The notes beneath the pieces are model-generated. The model worked only from the letters and a program-made list of their open reading frames with translations, ran no database searches and was not told the origin of the DNA. A stretch of 64,000 nucleotides of DNA from a bacterium. Lineage in GTDB: Bacteria; Patescibacteriota; Minisyncoccia; Phycocordibacterales; UBA9973. The translations under genes and the position numbers were made by a program. The first letter of the stretch is position 1. The number at the start of each line of letters is the position of its first letter. The stretch is from positions 335,505 to 399,504 of the forward strand of contig JBAXXQ010000001.1 in NCBI GenBank assembly GCA_037127795.1, written 5' to 3'. Of this stretch, positions 19,410 through 29,446 are shown piece by piece.

Positions 19410-20822
19410 ATGGAAAAACAGTATTACGCAACAATTGGATTGGAAATTCACGCAGAGCTCAATACAAAAAGTAAAATGTTTTGTAGTTGTAAAAACGATC
19501 CCGATGAAGAAAACCCAAATATAAATATCTGTCCGGTGTGTATGGCGCATCCAGGGACACTTCCTGTACCCAATATTGAAGCTATACAAAAAGTAATACA
19601 AGTAGGACTCGCACTCGGTTCAGATATTGCTGATTTTACAGAATTTGATCGTAAAAACTATTTTTATCCAGATATTCCAAAGGGGTATCAGATCTCTCAG
19701 TACAAATTCCCTATAGTATCAGGCGGGAAGCTCAATGATTTTGCTATTACTCGTATTCACCTCGAAGAAGACACAGGACTTTCAAAACATGATAGAGGAG
19801 ATTTTTCTTTGGTGGACTACAATCGTGCTGGTGTACCGCTCATGGAGCTCGTCACAGAACCAGTGCTTCATAGTGCAGTAGATGCTGCAAATTTTGCTCG
19901 TGAATTGCAATTATTGCTCCGTACGCTTGGGGTTAGTGATGCAAATCTAGAAAAAGGAGAAATGCGCGTAGAGCCCAACATTTCTATTTCAGACAATCCT
20001 GATGTGTTTGGTACAAAAGTTGAAGTAAAAAATCTCAACTCATTCAAAACAGTAGAAAAGGCTATTGCGTATGAGCTCGCACGTATGCAAGCACTCTATG
20101 AAGCAGGAAGACAAAATGAAATAGTGCAAGAGACTCGTGGCTGGGATGAAATAAAGCAGTCTACTTTTTCACAGCGTTCAAAAGAAAATGCAAACGACTA
20201 TCGATATTTCCCAGATCCAGATATTCCAAAATTTTATCTTTCAAAAATGTTTGATATGGAAAGTCTCCGTGCAAATCTTGCAGAATTGCCAGCTCAAAAG
20301 CGTGCTCGATATGCAAAAGAATTTGGTCTCAAAGATGCTGATATAGAATTTTTTGTACAAGATAAAAAGCTTGCAGATTATTTTGAAACTATTACAAAAG
20401 GTAAAGATAGTCTTTTTGCACAAACAACAGCAAACTATATTATCACTGATGCATTGGGAAGAATCGCAAAAGATGCAAATCTCAAACTTCCTTCAGAAGC
20501 AGACTTTGGCGCACTTATTACTCTCATTGTAGAAAACAAAATCACTTCTCGTGGAGCAAAAGATATATTAGGATTTCTTTTGCAAGGAGAGACAGATCCT
20601 ATATCGCTTGCAGAAACACATGGTTTGGTACAACAAAACAATACAGATGCGCTTATTCCTATTATTCAGGGTGTCGTAGATGCACAGTCAAAAATTGTTG
20701 CAGACTACAAAGCTGGTAAAGAGGCCGCATTACAGGCCTTGCTCGGTATGGTAATGAAAGAGACAAAAGGTGCGGCAAACCCAGGTATTGCAATGCAGAT
20801 TTTGAAAGATTTGCTGAAATAA
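19410..20822 (+). CDS. gatB: Asp/Glu-tRNA amidotransferase subunit B
   Basis: GLEIHAELNTKSKMFCSC N-terminus; full-length GatB with C-terminal YqeY-like domain. Confidence 0.95.
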   Translation: MEKQYYATIGLEIHAELNTKSKMFCSCKNDPDEENPNINICPVCMAHPGTLPVPNIEAIQKVIQVGLALGSDIADFTEFDRKNYFYPDIPKGYQISQYKFPIVSGGKLNDFAITRIHLEEDTGLSKHDRGDFSLVDYNRAGVPLMELVTEPVLHSAVDAANFARELQLLLRTLGVSDANLEKGEMRVEPNISISDNPDVFGTKVEVKNLNSFKTVEKAIAYELARMQALYEAGRQNEIVQETRGWDEIKQSTFSQRSKENANDYRYFPDPDIPKFYLSKMFDMESLRANLAELPAQKRARYAKEFGLKDADIEFFVQDKKLADYFETITKGKDSLFAQTTANYIITDALGRIAKDANLKLPSEADFGALITLIVENKITSRGAKDILGFLLQGETDPISLAETHGLVQQNNTDALIPIIQGVVDAQSKIVADYKAGKEAALQALLGMVMKETKGAANPGIAMQILKDLLK

Positions 20823-20843
20823 CTCTCGTGGTATACTAAAGCC

Positions 20844-21869
20844 ATGAATACAATAAAAGTTGCCATTAATGGCTTTGGAAGAATTGGTCGAGCATTTTTG
20901 AAAATTGCCTGGACACACCCAGAAATCGAAATTGTTGCAGTAAACGATCTCGGCTCTATGGAATCTCTCGCATACTTGCTTCGCCACGATACTGTCTACA
21001 GAGATTGGGGGCATGATGTCAAAATTGTTGACGGTGGGCTTTCTATTGATGGTAAGTTTGTAAAATTCGTTTCAGAAAAAGATACTACCAAGCTTCCTTG
21101 GGGTGAGCTCGGTATCGATGTGGTAGTAGAGTCTACTGGACTTTTTACTGCATTTGATAAGGCACATTTTCATATTGATTGTGGTGCAAAGAAAGTGGTT
21201 ATCACTGCGCCTGCAAAAGGTGGTGATGCGACAGCTCCTGGAGAAACAATCTTGCTCGGGGTAAATGAAGAAAAGTTTGGTACTTGCGCAATCACTTCAA
21301 ATGCGTCTTGTACAACAAATGCAGCAAGTCCAATCATTGGTATTATGGCCGAAGCGCTCGGTATCGAAAAAGCTATTTTGAATACTGTTCATGGGTATAC
21401 TGCATCTCAAGCTCTTGTCGATGGTCCAAGTAAAAAAGATCTCCGTGAAGGACGCGCAGCTGCACAAAATATTGTCCCTTCATCTACTGGTGCTGCTATT
21501 GCGGTGACCAAAGCATATCCTGCGCTCGATGGGCTTTTTGATGGTATCTCTATCCGTGTCCCAGTACCGGCAGGTTCTATTGTAGATGTGACCTTTATTG
21601 CAAAGCGCGATACTACTGCACAAGAAGTAAATGATATTCTCAAAAAAGCAGCAGCAGACCCTCGTTGGGCAAATGTATTTGCTATCACTGAAGAGCCACT
21701 TGTATCAAGTGATATTTTGGGAAATAGTCATGCAAGTATTGCAGATCTCGAAATGACACGTGTCGTAGGCGGTAACTTGGTAAAAATTCTCGGCTGGTAC
21801 GACAATGAAATGGGATACACTCACACACTCGTAGAGCACGTAATCAAAACAGGGAAGACAATAAAATAA
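20844..21869 (+). CDS. gap: Glyceraldehyde-3-phosphate dehydrogenase
   Basis: INGFGRIGR Rossmann motif; ASCTTNAASP active site with catalytic Cys. Confidence 0.95.
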   Translation: MNTIKVAINGFGRIGRAFLKIAWTHPEIEIVAVNDLGSMESLAYLLRHDTVYRDWGHDVKIVDGGLSIDGKFVKFVSEKDTTKLPWGELGIDVVVESTGLFTAFDKAHFHIDCGAKKVVITAPAKGGDATAPGETILLGVNEEKFGTCAITSNASCTTNAASPIIGIMAEALGIEKAILNTVHGYTASQALVDGPSKKDLREGRAAAQNIVPSSTGAAIAVTKAYPALDGLFDGISIRVPVPAGSIVDVTFIAKRDTTAQEVNDILKKAAADPRWANVFAITEEPLVSSDILGNSHASIADLEMTRVVGGNLVKILGWYDNEMGYTHTLVEHVIKTGKTIK

Positions 21870-21870
21870 T

Positions 21871-22296
21871 ATGACCTGCCAGGCATACCATTATTTAGGG
21901 CGTACAACTACCTCACAAAAAGGTTTAGCTCAAATTAATCTTACTTATAAAAAAAGTGTTTCTTACAAGATTAACTCATGGTTGTTATTGTTACTACCAC
22001 TATTTGCGATAGTAAAAAAATCGTTACTAGCTTTTGATATATTCATTTTATTTATTTTACCAATTCATTTTATTATATTAAATAGAGTTAGTAAAAAATT
22101 TTCTGATTCAGAAGTTAAACAAGAAATTTTATTAATTTTAGAAGATCAAAAAAAACATAGTAATAAGTTAAAATCATATATAGAAAAACATGATAAATAT
22201 TTTAAGATATTAGGAAGCTTTTTAAAATTAATATCTATTGTTTTAATTATAGTTAGTATCTTATTATTTATTTATCTTATTAGAAACATAAAATAG
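21871..22296 (+). CDS. AT-rich hypothetical membrane protein
   Basis: ORF overlapping the gap stop; markedly lower GC than neighbours; TM segments. Confidence 0.35.
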   Translation: MTCQAYHYLGRTTTSQKGLAQINLTYKKSVSYKINSWLLLLLPLFAIVKKSLLAFDIFILFILPIHFIILNRVSKKFSDSEVKQEILLILEDQKKHSNKLKSYIEKHDKYFKILGSFLKLISIVLIIVSILLFIYLIRNIK

Positions 22297-22318
22297 TATG
22301 ATTATGACTATAAAAAAA

Positions 22319-22498
22319 TGAAAAAGATTATTTGGCTATTACTAATAATAATACTAGGAGTAATTTTGTTTGTTCCTAAATTTACTCGTACACGAAATAC
22401 TTCCACTTGTATTTGTTTTGTTGCCGGCCCGTGTCCTGCTTGTGATCTTGAGCAAGTATCTTTATGGGATATTATAAAAGATAGTTTGATCAAATAAT
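22319..22498 (+). CDS. Small membrane peptide (59 aa) with CxC...GPCPAC motif
   Basis: MKKIIWLLLIIILGVILFVP TM then CICFVAGPCPACDLEQ, read directly; the competing 61-aa minus-strand ORF (22308..22493) looks spurious. Confidence 0.3.
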
Positions 22499-22501
22499 AC
22501 T

Positions 22502-22825
22502 ATGGAATCATATACACCAAGTCCTGAATTTATACGGGCGAGTAAGAATTGGGAAGAGAAAGGGTTTCTTGGTGTGACAGCGCAAGACCATGAAGATATT
22601 CAAGGTACTCCCGATGATATTCTTTTGGAAAATCCTGGGAAAACCCTTGGTGAACTCATGAGTGACGGTGAAATACGAGAATACATTGTCGAGACACGAA
22701 AAAATATTATTGAAAATAAAGAAACTCCTAAGCTAGAAAAATATAATATAGAATTACAAAAAAATCTTGATGTAACTATTGCATACCTTTCTAGTATTGG
22801 AAGAATGCCTGAAGATCTTATATAA
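22502..22825 (+). CDS. Hypothetical acidic protein (107 aa)
   Basis: ORF; no domain recognised. Confidence 0.4.
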   Translation: MESYTPSPEFIRASKNWEEKGFLGVTAQDHEDIQGTPDDILLENPGKTLGELMSDGEIREYIVETRKNIIENKETPKLEKYNIELQKNLDVTIAYLSSIGRMPEDLI

Positions 22826-22985
22826 TATACCTATGCTTAAACATATCGGAGATGTCATATTGATAGTACTAGTATTTTTGCTTGCAGTGTGGTTTTTGCC
22901 AATTGTGCCTACAAAACAAGGAAATGCTCCAGGGGTAAATGCTATACAATTTGAAACTGGGCAACAGTGGTTTTCACAATTATAG
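22779..22985 (+). CDS. Small membrane protein; probable start at 22833 (MLKHIGDV)
   Basis: Single TM; short ORF. Confidence 0.3.
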   Translation: MHTFLVLEECLKILYNIPMLKHIGDVILIVLVFLLAVWFLPIVPTKQGNAPGVNAIQFETGQQWFSQL

Positions 22986-23002
22986 TGGTATACTAGCCAT
23001 AT

Positions 23003-23437
23003 ATGACCATACATATAGCTACAGACCATGCAGGGTTTGACCACAAACAAGCACTCAAGACATATTTGGAATCAAAAGGATACACCGTCGTAGATCACGG
23101 AGCTTTTGCAAAAGACCCCAACGACGACTATCCAGATTTTATTGTGCCGTGTGCGGAAGCAGTGGCAGATACTTTTGGTGATATGGGTATTATATTTGGT
23201 GGTAGTGGCGAAGGTGAGCAAATGGCTGCAAACAAAGTCACTGGTATCCGCGCGTGTGAATACTACGGTGGCAATATAGAGATAGTAAAGCTTTCTCGTG
23301 AACACAATGATGCAAATATTTTATCTATCGGTGCACGATTTGTGTCTATCGAAGATAGTATTATTGCAACGCAGATTTGGCTTGATACTGCATTTTCAGG
23401 AGATGAGAGACATGAACGAAGAATAGAAAAATTTTAA
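23003..23437 (+). CDS. rpiB: Ribose-5-phosphate isomerase B
   Basis: IATDHAGF...GGSGEGEQMAANK, RpiB/LacAB family. Confidence 0.9.
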   Translation: MTIHIATDHAGFDHKQALKTYLESKGYTVVDHGAFAKDPNDDYPDFIVPCAEAVADTFGDMGIIFGGSGEGEQMAANKVTGIRACEYYGGNIEIVKLSREHNDANILSIGARFVSIEDSIIATQIWLDTAFSGDERHERRIEKF

Positions 23438-23444
23438 TATACAT

Positions 23445-24152
23445 ATGCAAAAAATAATCCCCGCAATACTACCCATGTCATACAGAGCTATAGAGCTCGG
23501 TGTAGAAAAAGTGCACGATATAACAAAAACCGTACAAATTGATTTTGTCGATGGTAGCTTCGCTCCCAATAGAACATGGATATTCAACAACAAAGACGGC
23601 AATATTGTCTCTGAAATTCTCTCACAAGATAGAGGATTGCCATTTTGGGAAGAAGTGAACTATGAGCTCGATCTTATGGTTGCAAACCCACTCCAATATA
23701 TGGAGACATTTATCGCGCTCGGTCCATCAAAAATAATTTTTCATATAGAAGGACTTGATGTAGAAAAAGTAATTACCTATATAGAAGAGCTTCCAGAAAT
23801 TATAAAAGACAGTATTTCTTTTGGTATTGCGATTGGTATTGAGACAGATCCAGAAAGTATTCGCCCATTGCTTCCGTATATAGCGTCTATCCAATGTATG
23901 GGAATACTTCGTGTAGGATTCCAGGCACAAACATTTGATACACGAGTACTCGATCAGATAAAAAAAGTACATGCATTATATCCTGAAAAGATTATTGCTG
24001 TAGATGGTGGAGTAAATAAAGAAAATATAAGTGCACTCGCGCTCGCTGGTGCAAATGAGTTTGTTGTAGGCTCTGCAGTATTTCAAAGTCCGGATATATA
24101 CGGTACAATAGATACATTACGAAGACTATGCAACACAAAATCGACAACATAA
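23445..24152 (+). CDS. rpe: Ribulose-phosphate 3-epimerase-like TIM-barrel protein
   Basis: PAILPMSY...IDFVDGSFAPN and C-terminal DGGVN...GANEFVVGSAVF pattern. Confidence 0.75.
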   Translation: MQKIIPAILPMSYRAIELGVEKVHDITKTVQIDFVDGSFAPNRTWIFNNKDGNIVSEILSQDRGLPFWEEVNYELDLMVANPLQYMETFIALGPSKIIFHIEGLDVEKVITYIEELPEIIKDSISFGIAIGIETDPESIRPLLPYIASIQCMGILRVGFQAQTFDTRVLDQIKKVHALYPEKIIAVDGGVNKENISALALAGANEFVVGSAVFQSPDIYGTIDTLRRLCNTKSTT

Positions 24153-24994
24153 GAGAATTGCAAATACAAGCAAACGATATTCGCGAGAATATTATTTCTA
24201 TGTTACTTACTGCGGGGAGTGGGCATACTGCAGGACCGCTTGGTATGGCAGATGTATTTACTGCATTGTATTTCAACTTATTGCGACATGATCCAGCGAA
24301 TCCATATTGGGAAGATAGAGACAGAGTAGTACTTTCTAATGGGCATATTTGCCCGGTATTATATGCAACACTTGCGCAAGTGGGGTATTTTCCTGTTGCA
24401 GAATTGCAAACACTTCGTACATTTGGATCACGTTTGCAAGGGCATCCACATAGAGAATTCCTCGATATTGTAGAAAATTCTTCAGGACCACTCGGAAGTG
24501 GACTTTCGCAGGCGATAGGTATGGCTATTGCGTCTCGTATTGATACAGGGAAGTCTGGTAGTAGGTTCTTTTATTGCTTACTTGGAGATGGAGAGCTCGA
24601 TGAGGGGCAAAATTGGGAGGCGGTACTTCTTGCTAATAAAGAACGTCTCGGCAATCTTATTGCAATCGTCGATAGAAATAATATTCAAATAGATGGCTAC
24701 ACCGAAGATGTGATGCCTATGCTTGATGTTGCAAAAAAGTTTGAAAGCTTTGGTTGGCACACACAAGAAATAGATGGTAATAATATTTCTGAAATAATAG
24801 ATGCGGTACATCGTGCACAAGGGGTATTTAGTCAGCCATCTGTGATAATCGCACGTACCATACCAGGCAAAGGAGTACGAGAATTTGAGCGAAAATTTGA
24901 ATGGCACGGCAAAGCCCCAAATCCTACAGAGGCAAAAATCGCCCTCGATGAATTGCGAACCTTAGGAGGAAAAATTAAAAGTGAACATAAATAA
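24128..24994 (+). CDS. tktA: Transketolase, N-terminal (TPP-binding) subunit
   Basis: GSGHTAGPLGMAD and GDGELDEGQNWEA TPP motifs; split transketolase. Confidence 0.9.
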   Translation: MQHKIDNIRELQIQANDIRENIISMLLTAGSGHTAGPLGMADVFTALYFNLLRHDPANPYWEDRDRVVLSNGHICPVLYATLAQVGYFPVAELQTLRTFGSRLQGHPHREFLDIVENSSGPLGSGLSQAIGMAIASRIDTGKSGSRFFYCLLGDGELDEGQNWEAVLLANKERLGNLIAIVDRNNIQIDGYTEDVMPMLDVAKKFESFGWHTQEIDGNNISEIIDAVHRAQGVFSQPSVIIARTIPGKGVREFERKFEWHGKAPNPTEAKIALDELRTLGGKIKSEHK

Positions 24995-25991
24995 TATGCT
25001 TAACCCAAATCTCAAACTTAATACAAAAATTTTTGCAGATGATTGCGAACAATTGCCGATTCGGACTGGATTTGGTGAAGGTTTGGCTATTGCGGGAGAG
25101 CAATACAAACATATTGTGGCGCTTTGTGCTGATCTTACAGAAAGTACTCAAATGCATCTCTTTAAGCAAAAATTCCCAGAACGTTTTATTGAAATGGGTA
25201 TTGCAGAACAAAATATGGCAAGTGTCGCTTCGGGTATGGCAGCAATGGGGAAGTATCCATTTTTTTCATCATATGCAATGTTTTCTCCTGGTCGCAACTG
25301 GGAGCAAATACGTACAACTATAGCGTACAACAATCGTCCGTGTGTGATAGTAGGAAGCCATGCAGGGGTCTCTGTAGGGCCTGATGGGGGTACACATCAA
25401 GCAATAGAAGATATTGCTATAACTCGTGTGATTCCTCGTATGACAGTCATTTCTCCTTGTGATGCAATACAAGCAAAAAAGGCAACTCTCGCTCTTGCTG
25501 CAGATAATAAAATCGCATACTTACGTCTCGCTCGCGAAAAAACACCAATCATAACCACAGACGAAACACCATTTGAATTAGGAAAAGGGCAAATCATGTA
25601 TAGACCAGACGGGCTTGCGCATGTCGCATTTGTTGCAACTGGTGCATTGGTAGTACAAGCACTACGCGCTGCAAAGTTTTTGGAGAAAAAAGGAATCAAG
25701 GTATTGGTGGTAAATATACACACCATAAAACCGATTGATGCAGAGCTCCTTGTACAAGTCGCTCGTGAGACAAAAGCAATAGTGACCATAGAAGAACATC
25801 AAGTGATAGGTGGGCTCGGTGGTGCTGTCGCTGAGGTACTCGCGCAAAAATGCCCCACACCTATAGAATTCATCGGAGTACAAGATTTATTTGGACAATC
25901 AGGAACTCCAAATGAACTTATTGAACACTACGGTATGGGGCTTGATGCGATTATGACTGCTACGCACAAAGTGCTTGAGCGTAAAAACTAG
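24981..25991 (+). CDS. tktB: Transketolase, C-terminal (pyrimidine-binding) subunit
   Basis: FIEMGIAEQNMASVASG and GPDGGTHQAIEDIA motifs. Confidence 0.9.
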   Translation: MNINNMLNPNLKLNTKIFADDCEQLPIRTGFGEGLAIAGEQYKHIVALCADLTESTQMHLFKQKFPERFIEMGIAEQNMASVASGMAAMGKYPFFSSYAMFSPGRNWEQIRTTIAYNNRPCVIVGSHAGVSVGPDGGTHQAIEDIAITRVIPRMTVISPCDAIQAKKATLALAADNKIAYLRLAREKTPIITTDETPFELGKGQIMYRPDGLAHVAFVATGALVVQALRAAKFLEKKGIKVLVVNIHTIKPIDAELLVQVARETKAIVTIEEHQVIGGLGGAVAEVLAQKCPTPIEFIGVQDLFGQSGTPNELIEHYGMGLDAIMTATHKVLERKN

Positions 25992-26668
25992 TTGTTATAT
26001 ATAGTGAAGTCGTTATTGCCAGGGATTTTGTCGTACGCATTTTCAAAAAGTTTTTGTATTTCTCGCTCTTCTTTGAGAAGTTCTTGTTTTCTTTTCTCCC
26101 ACAAATCTTCTTCTTCTGATGTTGCAGGGGCAGCATTAGACAAATCTTCTATCTTTTTTTCTATATCTCGCAACTTTTTAATATAGAGGTCGTATTCTGC
26201 TAGAGCTCTTTGTGTTTCTGGGTGTTCCTCTGCTCGTGCGCCGTAGTATCCTTTATATGCAAGTATTGCAGCTTCTAATTCTGTTTCTTGAAGGCGAATT
26301 TCTTGTAATTGTGCATTTAGTTTATTTATTTGCTCAATATCAGGACTAAGAAAATCTGTAATATAATGAATTTTTTGATTGAGTGCTGAGCGTTTATTGA
26401 TAAGTCTATTTAATAACACTTCTGCTTCTCCAGAATTAATTCCTTCAAAATCTCTTTCTTCGAGTATGCGTTGTGCGTCGAGATTGAGTGCTATATCGTC
26501 TGGGGTTTGTGTTGCATGGTATGACTCATAGGGGTCTTTACTGTTCATTTTCTCTGTTACATCTTTCATTGTATTTTCTGCAAGATTTTGCAAAAAAACT
26601 TTTTCTTCATCACTTCTTTCTTCTTTTACTTTTTCAACGATAACTTTTTTAAAATAAGGGAATTCCAT
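25988..26668 (-). CDS. Coiled-coil hypothetical protein
   Basis: Heptad-rich acidic sequence; no domain recognised. Confidence 0.45.
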   Translation of the reverse strand: MEFPYFKKVIVEKVKEERSDEEKVFLQNLAENTMKDVTEKMNSKDPYESYHATQTPDDIALNLDAQRILEERDFEGINSGEAEVLLNRLINKRSALNQKIHYITDFLSPDIEQINKLNAQLQEIRLQETELEAAILAYKGYYGARAEEHPETQRALAEYDLYIKKLRDIEKKIEDLSNAAPATSEEEDLWEKRKQELLKEEREIQKLFENAYDKIPGNNDFTIYNN

Positions 26669-26680
26669 AAAATATATTGA

Positions 26681-27673
26681 TTAAAATAATAATTCTGGTG
26701 TGTAATTTGCAGGAGCATCTTTGATGTATTGGTCAATTTTTTCTTCGGTAAGGAGCCCTTTTTGTGCGCCGACATATTGTACGACAGACATAGAGTTGAT
26801 TGGTCCCCACATGAGCGCTTCAGAGAGAGATTTACCTTTCAATAATGCGACAGAGATTGTAGATGCAAATGCGTCGCCTGCGCCTGTACGCTCAAATGCA
26901 TTACCTGGATATATAGGCATAAAGTACATTTCGCGTCCGTCTGATGCATATGCGCCATTACCTCCATCACTGATGAATACATATTTTGGTCCCAATGCGT
27001 GCAATTTGCGTATGAGAAACGGTACTTCTTTGGTGTCTGACTTGGTGATAGTTTGTGCTTCTTCGAGATTGCAAAAAAAACCAAATGTATTTTCATAAAT
27101 TTCTTTCAAAACTTCTGTACCGAGCTTGATTTGGAAAGTCCCTGGTTGAAAAATTAATTTCATATCAGGATGTTTTTTTACAAATTCAGCAATTTCGTGG
27201 TGGTACTTTTCTGTATGGTCTCCGAGAGAAGAAAGGTACATCATCTTGGGTGCGACAGCGATATTGGGCATCATGACAGGGTACGCAGTATGTTTGACGA
27301 GAATAGTACGCTCTGTTTCGTACCAGAGGACGTAGTGGTAGTTGGTAGGGAGACCTTCATGCTGGTGTACATAATGAGTATTTACGTGTTGGTTTTTGAG
27401 CTCTTCCATACAGGCGTCGCCTTGGTAGTCTTTTCCAAGATGGGAAATAAGTGCACTCTTTACTCCCAAACGAGCAGCAGCAACAGCCGCATTTGCGCTA
27501 TTGCCGACAGCGCGGACTTCTTCCATAGATTCATACGGGACCTTGTCTCCAAATCGTACACAGAGCTCTTTGGTCTTGTGATCGATACTATCTTGTACCT
27601 CGGCATCACGTAGTCTAATAAACGCATCAGTCACAATATCACCAATCGCCAAAAATTCTATTTCTGTATCCAT
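26681..27673 (-). CDS. PfkB-family carbohydrate kinase
   Basis: N-terminal AIGDIVTD; C-terminal GAGDAFASTISVALLKG signature. Confidence 0.8.
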   Translation of the reverse strand: MDTEIEFLAIGDIVTDAFIRLRDAEVQDSIDHKTKELCVRFGDKVPYESMEEVRAVGNSANAAVAAARLGVKSALISHLGKDYQGDACMEELKNQHVNTHYVHQHEGLPTNYHYVLWYETERTILVKHTAYPVMMPNIAVAPKMMYLSSLGDHTEKYHHEIAEFVKKHPDMKLIFQPGTFQIKLGTEVLKEIYENTFGFFCNLEEAQTITKSDTKEVPFLIRKLHALGPKYVFISDGGNGAYASDGREMYFMPIYPGNAFERTGAGDAFASTISVALLKGKSLSEALMWGPINSMSVVQYVGAQKGLLTEEKIDQYIKDAPANYTPELLF

Positions 27674-27703
27674 ATGTCTTTTAGTATATAAAATAAAATA
27701 CCA

Positions 27704-28423
27704 TTGTGTACTATTGACAAAAAGTATAATTTTGGTAATGTATTTTCAAACAAAACATTTAAAATGAAAAGTACATTTACAAAAATCCTGATACTTATAT
27801 GTATCATGGTCATTGCTATACAAAGCAGTGCACAAGACGACACCACCTATAATGTCGTACAAAAAGATCAGAATGGGAAATATACATTGTATAAAGTGAA
27901 CAAGATAAAACAATACCCATTATTTGTATTGGACTCATCTCTTACACAAAAAGAGGTGGACTCAATGAGTAATTTTGTAACAAAGATCTATAGGAATTTT
28001 GATACCGTGTACTATTCTGTTTTCTGGTTATCTGTCAGGAAAGTTCACGTACAGAAAATTTCATATGAAGCATATGGAAAGGTTCAACCTGATCTTCCGC
28101 AACAATACTACATAAAGACTGTTGTTAGGAGAGAAGAATTTCCTGAAATATTTTTATGGAAAAATCTTCTTATATGGATAGGTTCAGTGATAGTTCTATT
28201 TTTTGTTTCTTATTCAATGAGAACATTGGATGTGACGGTAAATATCTATGCTTATTTATGTGTATGTTGTTTTGGTATTGTTTTGATGTTTAATGATGTT
28301 TTTATGCATAATGAAAATTATTGCAATTACCCCGGTTATAAAATTTTTATACCGCCAGTTGTTATTGTTCTTCTTGGTTTTCTTTTTAAATTTCTATTTA
28401 ATAAGTATTTAAAAAAGAAATAA
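27704..28423 (+). CDS. Hypothetical membrane protein
   Basis: Signal peptide and TM segments; probable start at MKSTFTK. Confidence 0.45.
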   Translation: MCTIDKKYNFGNVFSNKTFKMKSTFTKILILICIMVIAIQSSAQDDTTYNVVQKDQNGKYTLYKVNKIKQYPLFVLDSSLTQKEVDSMSNFVTKIYRNFDTVYYSVFWLSVRKVHVQKISYEAYGKVQPDLPQQYYIKTVVRREEFPEIFLWKNLLIWIGSVIVLFFVSYSMRTLDVTVNIYAYLCVCCFGIVLMFNDVFMHNENYCNYPGYKIFIPPVVIVLLGFLFKFLFNKYLKKK

Positions 28424-28465
28424 AAACAAACCCCTCGATATAGAAATATACTGAGGGGTTTTTAT
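28424..28465. terminator. Hairpin CCCCTC...GAGGGG with A/T flanks (bidirectional)
   Basis: Inverted repeat between convergent genes. Confidence 0.55.
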
Positions 28466-28498
28466 TTATGAGTAAAGCAATATTTATTTTAAAAAAAA

Positions 28499-29005
28499 TT
28501 ATTTATTAAAATAATAAATAATAAAAATACCAAGAAAAATAATAATACCTCCAATAATAGTTGAATTACTTATTTCTTGTTTAAATAAAAGATAACTAAA
28601 TAAACCTATAAATATAGGATAAGATATTTCGACAAGTCCTGAAAGGGTAGCATTTTTGGTGACTATAGAAAATCCAATACAAAGCTCTGCACAAATAAGC
28701 AATACAATACCACTGATAATATAAAAGAGTAATTTTTTCGAAGATGAAATCGTTGCTATATCATTTTGTAAATTACTTGAAAAATACGAAATTAAGAGTG
28801 TTACAATAAAAACCGCAAATGACGCAAGTGCTAAATAAGTAGAAACTGAAATCCTTTTATATATTTGTTCATTTAAAACATACCCAATACCCCAAAAAAG
28901 TGATGCTCCGAGAGCGAATAAAATCCACATATAGCTCAGTATACCATTTTTATGACAAGAAAAATGTAGTATAGTTATTACATGGGAAACAATTATATTG
29001 ATCAT
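28499..29005 (-). CDS. EamA/DMT-like small transporter (half-size)
   Basis: Four to five TM helices; probable start at the internal MWILFALG (about 28930). Confidence 0.45.
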   Translation of the reverse strand: MINIIVSHVITILHFSCHKNGILSYMWILFALGASLFWGIGYVLNEQIYKRISVSTYLALASFAVFIVTLLISYFSSNLQNDIATISSSKKLLFYIISGIVLLICAELCIGFSIVTKNATLSGLVEISYPIFIGLFSYLLFKQEISNSTIIGGIIIFLGIFIIYYFNK

Positions 29006-29398
29006 ACAAATGAATTTTCTTTTTTGCTTAAGCCGTCACTATATGGGGTTGGTGTATTTGCAGCTCATGATATCAAGAAAGACACTTATATGCGATTATT
29101 TGGAGAAGGTAATCCTCGTCGTTTATTAAAAAAAGAAAGTATACCAGAGCAGTTTAAGGATTTTTGTGCACATAGAGAAAATTTTTTAATCTGTCCTCCC
29201 GATTTTGGGTATATGCCTGTAGGGTGGTATTTGAATCATTCTCAAGAACCTAATACAGAACCACGAGGAGGATATACAGAAAACGGATATGCTTTTTATG
29301 CAAAAAGAGACATAGTGTCTGGTGAAGAAATAACTATAGATTATAACGCCTTAGAAGAACCAGAGGATACAAAAGAAGATTATTATAAGAAGCTCTAG
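28982..29398 (+). CDS. SET-domain protein (putative protein-lysine methyltransferase)
   Basis: GVGVFAAHDIKKD, YLNHSQEPN (SET NHSxxPN) and ITIDY motifs. Confidence 0.7.
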   Translation: MGNNYIDHTNEFSFLLKPSLYGVGVFAAHDIKKDTYMRLFGEGNPRRLLKKESIPEQFKDFCAHRENFLICPPDFGYMPVGWYLNHSQEPNTEPRGGYTENGYAFYAKRDIVSGEEITIDYNALEEPEDTKEDYYKKL

Positions 29399-29446
29399 TA
29401 TTTAGATTATAGATAGACTTAATATTAATATTACGACGAAAAAATA

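Noticed and set aside
22308-22493. 61-aa minus-strand ORF listed in the ORF track
   Set aside because: Low-complexity antisense ORF. The plus-strand 59-aa ORF 22319..22498, with a TM helix and a Cys motif, is the more plausible coding frame.
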